Positions 52,838 through 64,000 of a stretch of 64,000 bases of DNA are shown here, one piece after another. Under the pieces are notes generated by a model, which worked only from the letters and a program-made list of their open reading frames with translations, was not told the DNA's origin and did not search any database. The position numbers and the translations under genes were made by a program. Every line of letters begins with the position of its first letter. Position 1 is the first letter of the stretch. The stretch is from Heptranchias perlo (Eukaryota): NCBI RefSeq assembly GCF_035084215.1, contig NC_090354.1:3410001-3474000 (forward strand), written 5' to 3'.

Positions 52838-53088
52838 TTAGGGTTGAAAGGCGCTTGCTCCGGCCGTCATGCTCATGCTTTTCAGCTTGTTATCCTTTTT
52901 CCATTTCATCCGCCGGTTCTGGAACCAAATCTTGATCTGCCGTTCTGAGAGACACAGAGCATGGGCAATCTCTATCCTCCGCCGCCGGGTTAGATATCTG
53001 TTGAAGTGGAACTCTTTTTCCAACTCCAACGTCTGAAAACGAGTATAAGCAGTCCTGGCTCTTTTCCCGTCCGGTCCACTCATACTAT
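52838..53088 (-). CDS. HOXB5: HoxB5 coding exon 2 (homeodomain)
   Basis: [83 protein letters not shown]. Acceptor ttaacag|AT at 53089/53088. Confidence 0.96.
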
Positions 53089-53342
53089 CTGTTAATAAAT
53101 ACAGGCAGGTTTTTTTTATCCATGCTGAATTATCTTTCCCTTTTTAAAAAATAATTCATTTTTTAAAATCAGAATTTTAGTGCTTGAAAGTTGCAGTATT
53201 CGACTTCCCCGGGGCCTCTCCGGACATGCATGTCAAAATGAAAGTACATTGTCCCCAATCTGAATTGCTATTAATTATCATTTTCCTTTTCATTGTCTGA
53301 CTATGTAACCTGTGTCTTCACGGCTGTGCCTCTAATTATCTG

Positions 53343-53391
53343 CACACACACACACACACACACCAGAGACACACAGTCACACACACGCACA
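53343..53391 (+). repeat. (CA)n microsatellite in the HoxB5 intron
   Basis: About 10 perfect CA units followed by an interrupted CA tract. Confidence 0.9.
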
Positions 53392-53820
53392 CCTTTTAAA
53401 AAAAATTGTCTTAAATTGCAAACAGATCCATGGAAAATGGGTCACAGCAACGCTGACTGTCCAGGGTAGCTGCACAATGCCCTTTGTTATTATGCTGATC
53501 GTGCAGTACAAGTCGTAGCTTTCTATACACTAGCATCATAGATATCATATAATATTTACAATTTATCCGCATTAAATACGATTATTTTAATATTTACTGA
53601 ATTTTGTTGGTCGACTTGCGCATTATTTTTTCATGCAAGTTATAAAATTGTGGTTTACAGAGTTAAATTAAATTTGCGGAATATGTTTAGTTAAGTTTCT
53701 GTAGAGCAATAAAACACAAATTGTTCACATTTTGTGTCATCCAGGTTGTACAATAGGACGCCATGGATTACCTGACTATAGAACAATGTTTAAAGTGAGA
53801 AACATAAAATCAAAGTGTAC

Positions 53821-54355
53821 CATGGCCAATGTGCAGTTTTCTCATCCAAGGAAATATTTGTGGCTGCTGTTCTGGTGTTGTTGCTTGTGTTGGTTCTTGC
53901 TGTGCCCTGGGATGGTTGTTGTTGTTGGCTTGAGTGCCCTCTTCGGCATCCGAGGATGCTCCGGCCTCGTCCATTTCTGTAAAATTACTTGCTGAACTAG
54001 AGGAGGTAGTCGGGTCGGATGGGGAACCCTTGGCTCCGTGACTGTCCTTGCCGGAACAAGGAAGGGGTTCTGGAGATGAGAGGGTGCAGCTCGCTGCTTG
54101 CCTGAACCTGGTTTCTGTAGCTGGAGGATAGCTTCTGGAGTTTTCTGTATTAACCACTCCAAAGTGGTTAGATGAGGCTGAACGGGTGATGCTAAGGTCC
54201 ATACCATTGTAGTTGTAGCCGTAAGTGCCTGAATGCATGGTGCCTGAATCCCTGTATGGTCCGTTCTCGGAGCTGCTCGTCCCATAATTAAGTAACTGAT
54301 AATCCGGGCCATTTTGATAGCGACCGGAGAATGAGTTTACAAAGTAAGAGCTCAT
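53821..54355 (-). CDS. HOXB5: HoxB5 coding exon 1
   Basis: MSSYFVNSFSGRYQNGPDYQLLNYG...YGYNYNGMDLS...QIFPWMRKLHI; donor CATG|GTACAC at 53821/53820. 535+251 = 786 nt (261 aa). Confidence 0.96.
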
Positions 54356-54399
54356 TTGGGTTTTTTTGGGTTGATTTGTGGTTGTTAGTCGTTATAACC

Positions 54400-54600
54400 C
54401 AGTCCTGCACGATTTATGATATATTAATGAATTATAGAAATGACTGTACTTCGTTCGCTTCTATGTATGCGGCCAAATATGGGGGGTGCGAGTCGGAATC
54501 ACGTGCTTTTGTTGACCAGTCGTAAATTCTCACTGATGACCTCAAGGGGTAATTCATGCTCTATGGTTACAAATAATGACGATCCGAGAATCGTTACGCC
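54400..54600 (-). promoter_or_regulatory. Conserved PG5 promoter/leader block
   Basis: CATAAATCGTGCA, ATTCATTAAT, CACGTG at 54500-54505, GTCGTAAAT and TGATGACCT directly upstream of HoxB5. Confidence 0.7.
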
Positions 54601-54642
54601 ATGTGAATGCAAGGCTCCAAATGGTGGCCAGGTTTGCAGAGT

Positions 54643-54656
54643 GCGCCACCTACTGG
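54643..54656 (-). promoter_or_regulatory. CTCF motif between HoxB5 and HoxB6 (5|6)
   Basis: CCAGTAGGTGGCGC, a full match to CCASYAGRKGGCRS. Confidence 0.75.
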
Positions 54657-56821
54657 GCTCCGTCCAAATTACATGAATTAAGGTCATTGCTTATCTATTA
54701 ACATTGGTATTATTTATATTAATAATAAAACAACAAAAAGTTACCTTTTCAATTTACCTACCACAAAATCAATAAATTCCAGTATTGTATTACATGTTGT
54801 TACATATATTATTTAACCTTTGACAATGCATTTATTTTAAAGCGCTAAAAAATATCAAAAATGATAAGCATAAAACGGCAATTCAATTATATTACAATTG
54901 AATTGGAAATCACGTTTTATAGCTATGCTTGGAGTGGGGCAATATATTTCGTTTTTTTGACCAGATACATTTAAAAACAATTAACTTGCCATCCTTGACT
55001 AGTCAGTTAAATATACGCGTTCATTGACTTACACTTGGTGCTGTCGATGTGAGCCTTATTATTTGCTACATGTTGTAGTTCCAGTGTGTTTGTGGGATTG
55101 ACGTTCGTTCTGAAACGTGGTAATGTGTGCGAATACAATATGCTATAAATATATATAAAACTTTGTTCTTAAAATTGCACAGACCCTTTCAAGACAAGGG
55201 GCAGACTAAATCTTAGAAAGTTATAATTTAAACCATGGGTGCACTCCTTTATGTTCCATGGGCTGTGCGCATAGCACATTTATTTTCATTACTCTATGTT
55301 TTGAAGGAGTTAACTTAAGAAAAATACACGTTTGAACTACTTTGTACCACCTCTACCATTCGGAGTTAATATGCCTTATTGAAATTACCATGTAATTATT
55401 GTGACTTAAATGAGAAATGAATAATGCTAATTGACATTCCGGAGACACGAATCCCTTCCTCGGTATTTTGTATACACATAACATGAGTATCTTTATACGA
55501 TCATTTACGGGATCCGCACAAGTCCCTCAGTACAACTCACCTCGTAGAGCGGTCAGTGAATAATTAGGAGAGCGCCTTCAGCATTTTTTGTGGCGAAATG
55601 TTATTTTGTTTTGTGTCGAGACGAATTTAAGTACGAATTTTCACTAGACTGAATCTGGTGGATTCTTGCGGGCATGCATGGTTACGACTACAGGACGTTT
55701 GTGGTCAAACAGCTTCTTTAAAAATTAAGCTTAATAAGACTGTGTCATAAATAGGTCGTGCATTTAGCAAGACGGGTACCGAGAAGTATTCACTTGATTG
55801 TGTAACAGAGAATAAAATAATTGAAACCAGAGAGGTAGTTGTTAAAAGCCGCACTATCCTTCGCTTTCTCTCTGTTATAAACAATCTGGTTGCGAATTTC
55901 AAAGATTTGCGTACGTATCAATAGCCAGTAATGTTTGTATAATCCAGTCTGATTTTTAGAAGCGGACAGTAAGCAGATTACTGGAATGAAATTTAAATAA
56001 GTTTTGAAGGGAAATCATAGAGATAAATCAATTACGAGAAATTCAATGAGGAGACTGTCAACTTTTTGTTTTGTGATAGATTACAACCTAGACTTAGATA
56101 AGCTATGAGTAGCGGTATTGAAAATTTTAGTCTTTATACCATTTCTCACAATCAGATCATCAATGGCTTTCATGTACGTTATGATTCTTGAATTGAAAAA
56201 TACACATCACTGTTATTTTTAAAAAACTTTTATTATCATTCCAGATAAGGATGCCTCAGTTTTTAAAATTTATTACACACGCTACAAACACAATCACGTT
56301 CATTTAACAAAAAACACAAATAAAAAAATAACCTCTTACTCAATTCTTAAGACATTTGCTTTTATTTCCCTCGCTCAGTTACGAAAAAAATCCAAAATAC
56401 AATATTTAGACCTCATTGTGTAATTTGCACACGCACGCACATTTCCACACACACGCGCATACATACCTAAAATAAATCAAAAATAGTTGTATTCACAGTG
56501 CACAAAAACATACACCTTAATTAACTAGAGAACTGAGACGAACGTCAAAAAAAATCACAATATTGCAGCAGCTCAATTGAGATACAGAATTCATGGAATA
56601 CTCCTAGCGTTTTTTAAACTATTGACACCAATGTGAAACAATGCCTGCCTGACTAGACCAAAGGAATGCATAACTTCATAATAAATCTTACAACAAATAC
56701 AGAAATGTACAATTCCACTGGTGCGCAACAGCAAACAAAATGTAAACTTTTAATATTCATTATTCTTTGTTTAAATAAAGAACTGCATAGCGTTCCCCTT
56801 TCTTTCTATTTCTTGTCGTTT

Positions 56822-57136
<315 letters not shown>

Positions 57137-57660
57137 TTATTACACGTAACATGGAAATAGTACTGAAGCATATAAATAACAAGTGAATCACATTGATTAT
57201 ACGTTAAGCTACTCAGTTTCATAATAGACTGTTTGATGAGCACTTTCGATTCTGAAACACTAAATAATGATTCCCATTCATAGTATGGCTACACTCTGTT
57301 CGATTAAAACTTTATAATCGGTGGGCCTGGCAGATCGGCATTAAATTTTTTAGGATAAAACTACTGATCTTGCTTCATGTTTAATAGAGATCAGCGTTAC
57401 ATATTGTATACATAAACATATTAATCTTATGTACCAGACGTTGAGTTTTAATGAATTATTCAGAATCTCTAAATATGCAGCAACTCATAATTTAAGGTGA
57501 AATCCGACATAAAGAAATCTATTAAAGTGTCCTGAAATAATTCAATGTTAAATGCTCGGTATTTGAGCAATGGAGTGCTCATCTCTATTCTTTCTAGCTA
57601 TGTTCAATGTAAGCATGCATTAAAAGTTTTTTTAAAAATAGTATTAAAGTGCAAACTTAC

Positions 57661-58093
57661 CACCACTGGAATTCATTCTTTGCATCCAGGGGTACACGGG
57701 GTGCGAACTCTTCTGATCTTCCAATTCGCCATATAAAATTCTGTTTTGTGCACACTCGGATTTGCGTTGTTCCGGGTTAAAATGCGTTGGGTCTTCCAGG
57801 GAGTGGTATTTGGAGCTGGTGGAGGAGGCGGCGCAAGAAGGGTCTTTTTCCCGATAAAAACTGGGGGCACCGTAATCACAGGGTGTCCGATTGCACCCGT
57901 ATGCACCGTTGGCTTGTTGATAGTAAGAGGGTGATGGGTAGCTTTTATCCTGCATGCTTGTAGCCCCATATGTGGCTGGATAGTGTCTTAAAGGGTCGTA
58001 ACCGGAGGAATATAGAGGAATCTGCCCAAGGAAGGACTCTTGCCCACTGGCAAGAGTCACCGGGAAAGTGGAGTTCACAAAATACGAACTCAT
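57661..58093 (-). CDS. HOXB6: HoxB6 coding exon 1
   Basis: MSSYFVNSTFPVTLASGQESFLGQIPLYSSGYDPLRHYP; hexapeptide VYPWMQRMNS; donor GGTG|GTAAGT at 57661/57660. 433+260 = 693 nt (230 aa). Confidence 0.95.
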
Positions 58094-59871
58094 TTGTTGG
58101 CTGTGCTCTGTTATGATTTGTTGTGTATTAGTCCAAGTGCCTGTGCTATTAGCAGTTAGCGAGATGGGTTTGCTTCGGGATGGCCAAGTGCCAGAAAGGA
58201 CAGCAGGAAATATAACCATCTGATCATCGACTGACCAATGGCAATACTGTTTGATAGCAAAATAGCACCCATGAGGGGCTTATCCATGAATCAGAGACGC
58301 TAGCAGAAACCGGCACATGTGATGGGAAAAAGTCCCAAACAGAGACAGAGGAAAAAAAATCAACAGAAACACAGCATCTTTAGATTCACCCTGGACTGAA
58401 AGGAATAAAAAGCATAAGACTGCGCAAAGCTCTAAATCTATTTAAAACAATTAGTTTACACGTCAGTGCAAACAGCGAAACAATCTACCCCCTCAAACTA
58501 ACCAAACAAGCAAAATAAAACTCCAGTATCCGTGGATTCAGATAATAATTCACTAAACACTTATTAACTCCATTTTATTGCTTTCCCCCTTTTCAATCGG
58601 AGGTCGGTTTTATGTTTCTTACTGGTTTGGTTTGCATTGTGATTGTGTAATTAAAGACGCATTCGGTGTGTTTTACATATAAGATGTTGCCATTAATATT
58701 TCCAGCTCCCAATTTTATTCGCCATAACGGTTTCTTTTGCATATTGTATTGTATGAATATAAATATATCGGTGGCTTGTGTGTTATGCACACAAAAGTTC
58801 CTGATAGTCGTTTGTTCAAGAGTTCCTGATAGTCGTTTATCTGCTTGTGTTCCAGTTTTCTCTCTGTGTAAAAATGTGATTCAGCGATGCGGTTTAACAT
58901 TGAGGCACACGAAAAGGGGATCAAAACACCAACTTTTAATCTTTAATTGAAACCACAAAGTGAACGGAAGAAACTTTCCAAAGAGAAAAGGCAACTTAAC
59001 TCAACCAAAAACCCGAAAGGGAATCGACAGCGGAATAGGACACAAACATTTGCTACGAAGAATCTACAATTTTACATTTTAAGTTCCCGGAATAACATCT
59101 GTGAAGAGTTTTTTTTTTAAAGTTTGGTATCAAAGACAAACAGAGAACAACGCAGAAAATGGCTTAAAATCCATTAAAAACCCAACTTGTTAGACAGTGG
59201 CCGCCTTCGTAAAACAAAACAGCGTTTGGGCCCAAAAAAGCAGCAAGAACGGTTTTCGCTAGCAGATATTTAAATGGGCTCTGTTTAGCTCAGTGAGTAC
59301 ACCATTTACAGACTTATTCCATGTATTTAAAAATGTATTGGCGAATATTACTTGAAGTTGCTTCCGTTAAGTGCTTAATAGATACTGGGTGATATTCAGG
59401 ACTACGCACAGCCTGTAAACTGATACACGTCTACATATATAGACAGGCACACAGTACTGTAGATATCATGCAATGTTGCTCTTTCGATTTCTATATTTGA
59501 TATTAGGTTGTGTTGTACTCTTAAACTATGCGTTACAGAAATAAAATATTTTTGCCTTGTAATATATGAATTTCGTAATGTGAATTTTATTCAAATTTCG
59601 ACTCTTCTATTTATACATATTTATACTTTACTCGTGGAATCACCATATAGTTTTTATTTAAAGAATACAGAGACATGCTGTATCCATCTGTGTGATTAGC
59701 GAGTTTGTAAAAAAATCATACGAAGTTATAGACATCCTGACTTTATACGAAAACGCATTCATATATTTTTAAATAGATGTAATTATTTTACCATTTATAA
59801 CTATTAAATGTTACAAGTGTCAGAGAGTTTGTGATGGACTTTAGGACTTTTTTTAGCAGTGCCTCTGGAAC

Positions 59872-59885
59872 GCGCCACTTCCTGG
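59872..59885 (-). promoter_or_regulatory. CTCF-like motif upstream of HoxB6 (6|7)
   Basis: CCAGGAAGTGGCGC, 12/14 identical to the 5|6 motif and in the same orientation; it also contains an ETS core. Confidence 0.45.
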
Positions 59886-62785
59886 TTTCAAACATCTGTT
59901 TCAAAGAATCATAAACTAATTAGTGAGCACATGGCAGAAATTAAATAAAGGCTTCCCTCTTGGTACTGGTTCATTTTCAGATGCGGGTAGATTTCTTGTT
60001 CTAGAAACATGTCAATTTGAGCAGGGTGAGGAAGCATAATTAAGGACAAAGTGATAAAACTTTTTTTCCATCTGAGAGATTCCCACCTCCTCTCCTCTGG
60101 CATTGTTTCTAGAAGCGGCGGTTACTGGATTCAAACCAAATGTCTCATCCAACTGAAATCTGAAACTAAGATTTTTACTTTCCGTTTTTTAATTTCCATG
60201 TTCTAATATTCAAGAAAGCTTTAAACAGCATTGACATGAAGATTCTGAATATACATTGAAACCCTTCAAATTACAGTAGTGCTCCGAGTCAACCGACTCA
60301 TTCAGTTGCTATCTGGTGTTTAGTTTATTTTGCTAAATCTTCTTTCTTTTCATTTTTTAGACATTTGGTCCCCAAGTAAATATTATATTGTGACTTTAAG
60401 TTGATTTTGTTTTAATTGTTTCATTATTAAAAATTATTGATATCGTAGGATTGTATCGCCTAAACCCCTGTAAGCTATAAGGGTACGTTCCAATCATTGT
60501 AAGTTTTATTTTATTCATTCATAACAAACTATTTAAAATAAAAAATCAGCATAAACAGAGTAGGAATTATAAAACCAGACAGGAAAAACATTGTGAGATT
60601 ATAACTGTTTACGAGTAAGGTTGCTCAAGCGCCGAGTTTTCGAGGAATTTCATAGTTGCCATTTAAGCAATCCAGTGTATAAATGTTTTCATCCAAATGT
60701 TTTAATTGCTGGATCAGACATATTATTGAATACAAACTTGATATTTCTTCCTTTCACCAAATATTTTAGTTTTAAGTCTTAGTTAGATATTTCCAACATC
60801 CCGTCAATGTTCGTTTTTACTGGTCATCGCAGGTCGCCATTTACTTTTGGTGTCAATTTCTACAGCTCTTTGTCAGGAAAAGGAATTAAAATCCTCTTCC
60901 AAAGTGTGGGAAGGTAATATTAAAGTGGGCGGTGGAAGTTCTGTGGATCTTGTTTATTGTAATAGGTCGGGACATTAAGGGCAGAAATTCGTTTATAACC
61001 GGTCTGATTATGCTTTACATGACGGGCCTTGCACATAACAGACCGGACTGACTGGTAGCATTGCTATCATTGCTGGAACAAAAAGCAAATTCGGGCTTTG
61101 CTATCAATTTTCTGCTATTAGGATGTAGCCAGCAATCTGTTCATATGAGATCTGTTTGCACAGGAATTTTACAGATTAACTTTGACGCAGAATTCCATTT
61201 CTTCAGTAACCCTGGAATTTCTCCAGAGCATTTCTGTTTAATACGAATTGGCTGCTATTAAAGCAAAATATTAAGTGCGGTGACGCTAACTGACCTTCAC
61301 AATAAATTTACAGTCGTACACACCACTGCGACAAGGTTACGGTGTACCGTACCATTTCTTTTCCAAATACTCTGAGCTTATTTTTTGTTTGAACAGAAGT
61401 CAATAAAATCAAATCACAAATATTAATAATTCCATTTTAGTCAGTACAATTGTGGCATTGAGTCAGAAAGAAAGGGAAAGCAAATAAGTAATTTGCTACT
61501 GAAAAGCACATAGACCAATAATAAAAATCGATGCAAAATTATATTTATACATCGTCGGTACTCGTTTATGCAGCTCCGTTCGTTTTCATATTCTGCAGAT
61601 AAAATGCAGCATGCCCCTCTTGATCCTTATTTTCCGACTTCCTCGGCCTGGTGGAACGCAAGGTGGCAGCAGGGAGCAACAAATCCCTCCCCCCCACCAC
61701 CCCCACCCAACCTCCCCCAGCAAAAACCATGGTAGATTTATATTATATCAATGCAGAGCTACTGGGCCTCTTGGTTGCTAAACACTCTAAACCACGGTCA
61801 TCTAAACGCCATCTTATATTATATCATCGTACTGTTACCCACTATCGGTGTAAGCTGAAACCCTAATGCTCTCCAACAGAAAAAAAAAACCTGTCGCATA
61901 TCGAGAACGCATTCATTTGTAACTCCAGCACCAAATGCTCGATTCAGAACAAATTATTAACAATCTGAGACACAATAGGAGGAAAAATAACACTATTACA
62001 ACACAATTATAATACGTCTGTGCGTCATTCTCTGTGACACTGCCCATTCTAATTGCTGGTCCCTCTTGATAAAACTGTTCACGTAATGAGCGACCCTCGA
62101 GAAAAGATTAACAAACACGAAGCTCATTTAACATTACCATGTAACAGAATTCGTCCCCGAACACAATTATAGATTTGTCAACACGCCACAACTATGCTGG
62201 ATAACGGGTTCCCTAATTATATAATAGACATGTGAAGCAGAATCGCTTGCGGAGAAAAAATCAATCCCAACACTCACTCTCCCGTATAAATTGAAGAAAT
62301 AACTTTTCACAGCTGTATCACATTACAGTGTCTAAACTCCGGCTCATTGGAATAAAATACAACAAATATATTCTCCAACTCACGTCAACAAGTCTCTAAT
62401 TATTTTCTGTGAGATTTTGATTTTAGCTGAATTCCACACAAAAATCATTTAGTAGAATTTTTAAAAATCAATTGTAAAATGCGTGCTAATATTCGTCTTA
62501 CCTTTGCAGCATCATCTGTGATCTTGTTTCGATCTTCTTCTCACTTTGGAACCAGCGCGATTTTTTTTTCACGGACAATATTGTCCCAAACTGATAGCCG
62601 TCGGTTAACCTGCGGCCGCAGACTGGTCGGGGTTCATGCATCTGTCATTTACACGGGAAATCACAATACGAGCCTCTTTGAAAAATGATATCATCCACAT
62701 CACTGAGATTTGCGCCACTCCATCCATTGCTGAAATTCCCAATCGACAGACAAGTGGTAGATTACAAAAAAAGTCTTGTTTACTT

Positions 62786-62848
62786 TGTGTGCGCGTGTAT
62801 ATGTGTGTGTGTGTGTGTGAATGTCTCTGTGTATGTGTATGTATGTGT
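62786..62848 (+). repeat. (TG)n / TGTA microsatellite
   Basis: Interrupted TG dinucleotide tract. Confidence 0.85.
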
Positions 62849-62994
62849 TTGCACCTTCAATGGTAACTATCAAAGTTTGAAAAAAAAACCCGATAGAAGC
62901 CCTGAGGAGGACACAGGACCGACCCAAGGTACGGTGGCCAAAAGAATACTGCAATATACTCACATGGGAAATCATAAAAAGTTCATGTTCACGG

Positions 62995-63110
62995 TTGCTA
63001 TCCACATGACCGGCAGCGGCCAATCGAAGGACCGATCCACTCATAAAGTTCTATCACAAAGTTGTAAATTTTCATAAAACAACAAGGAATTTATTGCATT
63101 TCTTCATGAC
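62995..63110 (-). promoter_or_regulatory. Conserved Hox6-Hox7 intergenic four-cluster-type promoter element
   Basis: CACATG at 63003-63008, CCAAT at 63020-63024, then clustered CATAAA/GTAAA/TTTATT Cdx-Hox sites (63052-63096). Confidence 0.75.
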
Positions 63111-64000
63111 TACTAACAACAGGCCCCCTCGCCGCCATGTTTTGTGCTAAAGCAAAATGGCAAAAAGAGTATTTTTATAAAATGTTTTCTTTAAAAATGC
63201 CACGGTTTAAATGGATCGTCTCCTTTTTTTTCCAATATCAAATGACATAAAACCCCATTCTCAGTGTGTTTCCCACATTTGCCTCTTCCTTTCCGTAGAA
63301 AGTATGTCAGCTGCATAAAAGAAAAAAATAGCTTTTGCGAAAACCAAATAGTTCTTGACTTTCTCTCTCTCTATGCTTTTGCTGCTCGGGCAATTTACGT
63401 GAAAACAACCGAAAAATAGCATGTAAAATTATTAATTTAGTTCACCATTAGTAAATAAAACGTTTCGTTTAACGAAAATCGCCTGGGTTCATTTTAAAAG
63501 CCGATTTTCACAGTTCGACAAATTGTTTTCTCAAAATTACCTTTTACTCCTTATTACCCTGACGTTTATTTTTGGAGGGACAATAGTGTCCTTAATATAA
63601 TAATATGTCGGTTTCTTTGATCAGGTTAGAGGGATTTACTCGTCCTATATACCCCACGCTGAAAAAGGGCAGGAGCGAGCGGAAGCCGACCTGAATCTCG
63701 GTGCCCTTGGTTAATTGAATGGATTTACCTCCATTGTCTTCAGGGCGCAATGCGCCTAAAACACCATAAGAGAAATTTTAAATAATAATAATAATCGTCA
63801 GAACAAAGCTAAGTCAATTAATATCTTTAAAATACAATCGTTTGTATGTCAAAATGGTACTAACCATTTCATATATCGCCAATGTGTATTACATGAATAT
63901 TTACCCCTGTTTTCTGACAAAAACATTTTATTGGCGAGAAACACTTATGTTACATACGTAAAATGCATTTACATATAATGTATATATGAAATGCACCATA

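Noticed and set aside
55832-55840. Overlapping miR-196/let-7 seed match 3' of HoxB6
   Set aside because: It lies beyond several AATAAA signals at about 56230-56366, so it is probably outside the 3'UTR.
58094-58219. 42-aa in-frame N-terminal extension of HoxB6 from the ATG at 58219
   Set aside because: That ATG is part of the promoter E-box (CATCTG), likely upstream of the proximal TSS and intronic in the distal spliced form.

Overview
This window is the anterior-to-central part of a vertebrate HoxB cluster, with all genes on the minus strand: HoxB1, HoxB2, HoxB3, HoxB4, miR-10(a), HoxB5 and HoxB6. It ends in the Hox6-Hox7 intergenic conserved element. Each gene has two coding exons joined by a phase-1 GT-AG intron, and all six spliced frames are intact (311, 359, 394, 241, 261 and 230 aa). 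HoxB6 exon 2 is missing from the supplied ORF track. A shark-type DeuSINE 3' tail and slowly evolving protein sequences suggest a cartilaginous fish (inference). Many known hindbrain and retinoid control elements are recognisable: the b1 autoregulatory element, the Hoxb2 r4 and r3/r5 enhancers, three DR5 RAREs, the CR3/LNE-like block, HB-1 and the four-cluster element. I found no new protein-coding system. The best leads are non-coding: (1) co-oriented CTCF motifs at the 5|6 and 6|7 positions of a HoxB cluster; (2) a 13-bp sequence just 5' of pre-miR-10 that could sequester the mature arm; (3) splice signals for an antisense lncRNA between HoxB2 and HoxB3; (4) an E-box-(10-12 bp)-CCAAT module at every promoter; (5) loss of the conserved first ATG of HoxB4 and a Y11F change in the HoxB5 homeodomain. 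All comparisons to other species are from memory and need alignment.
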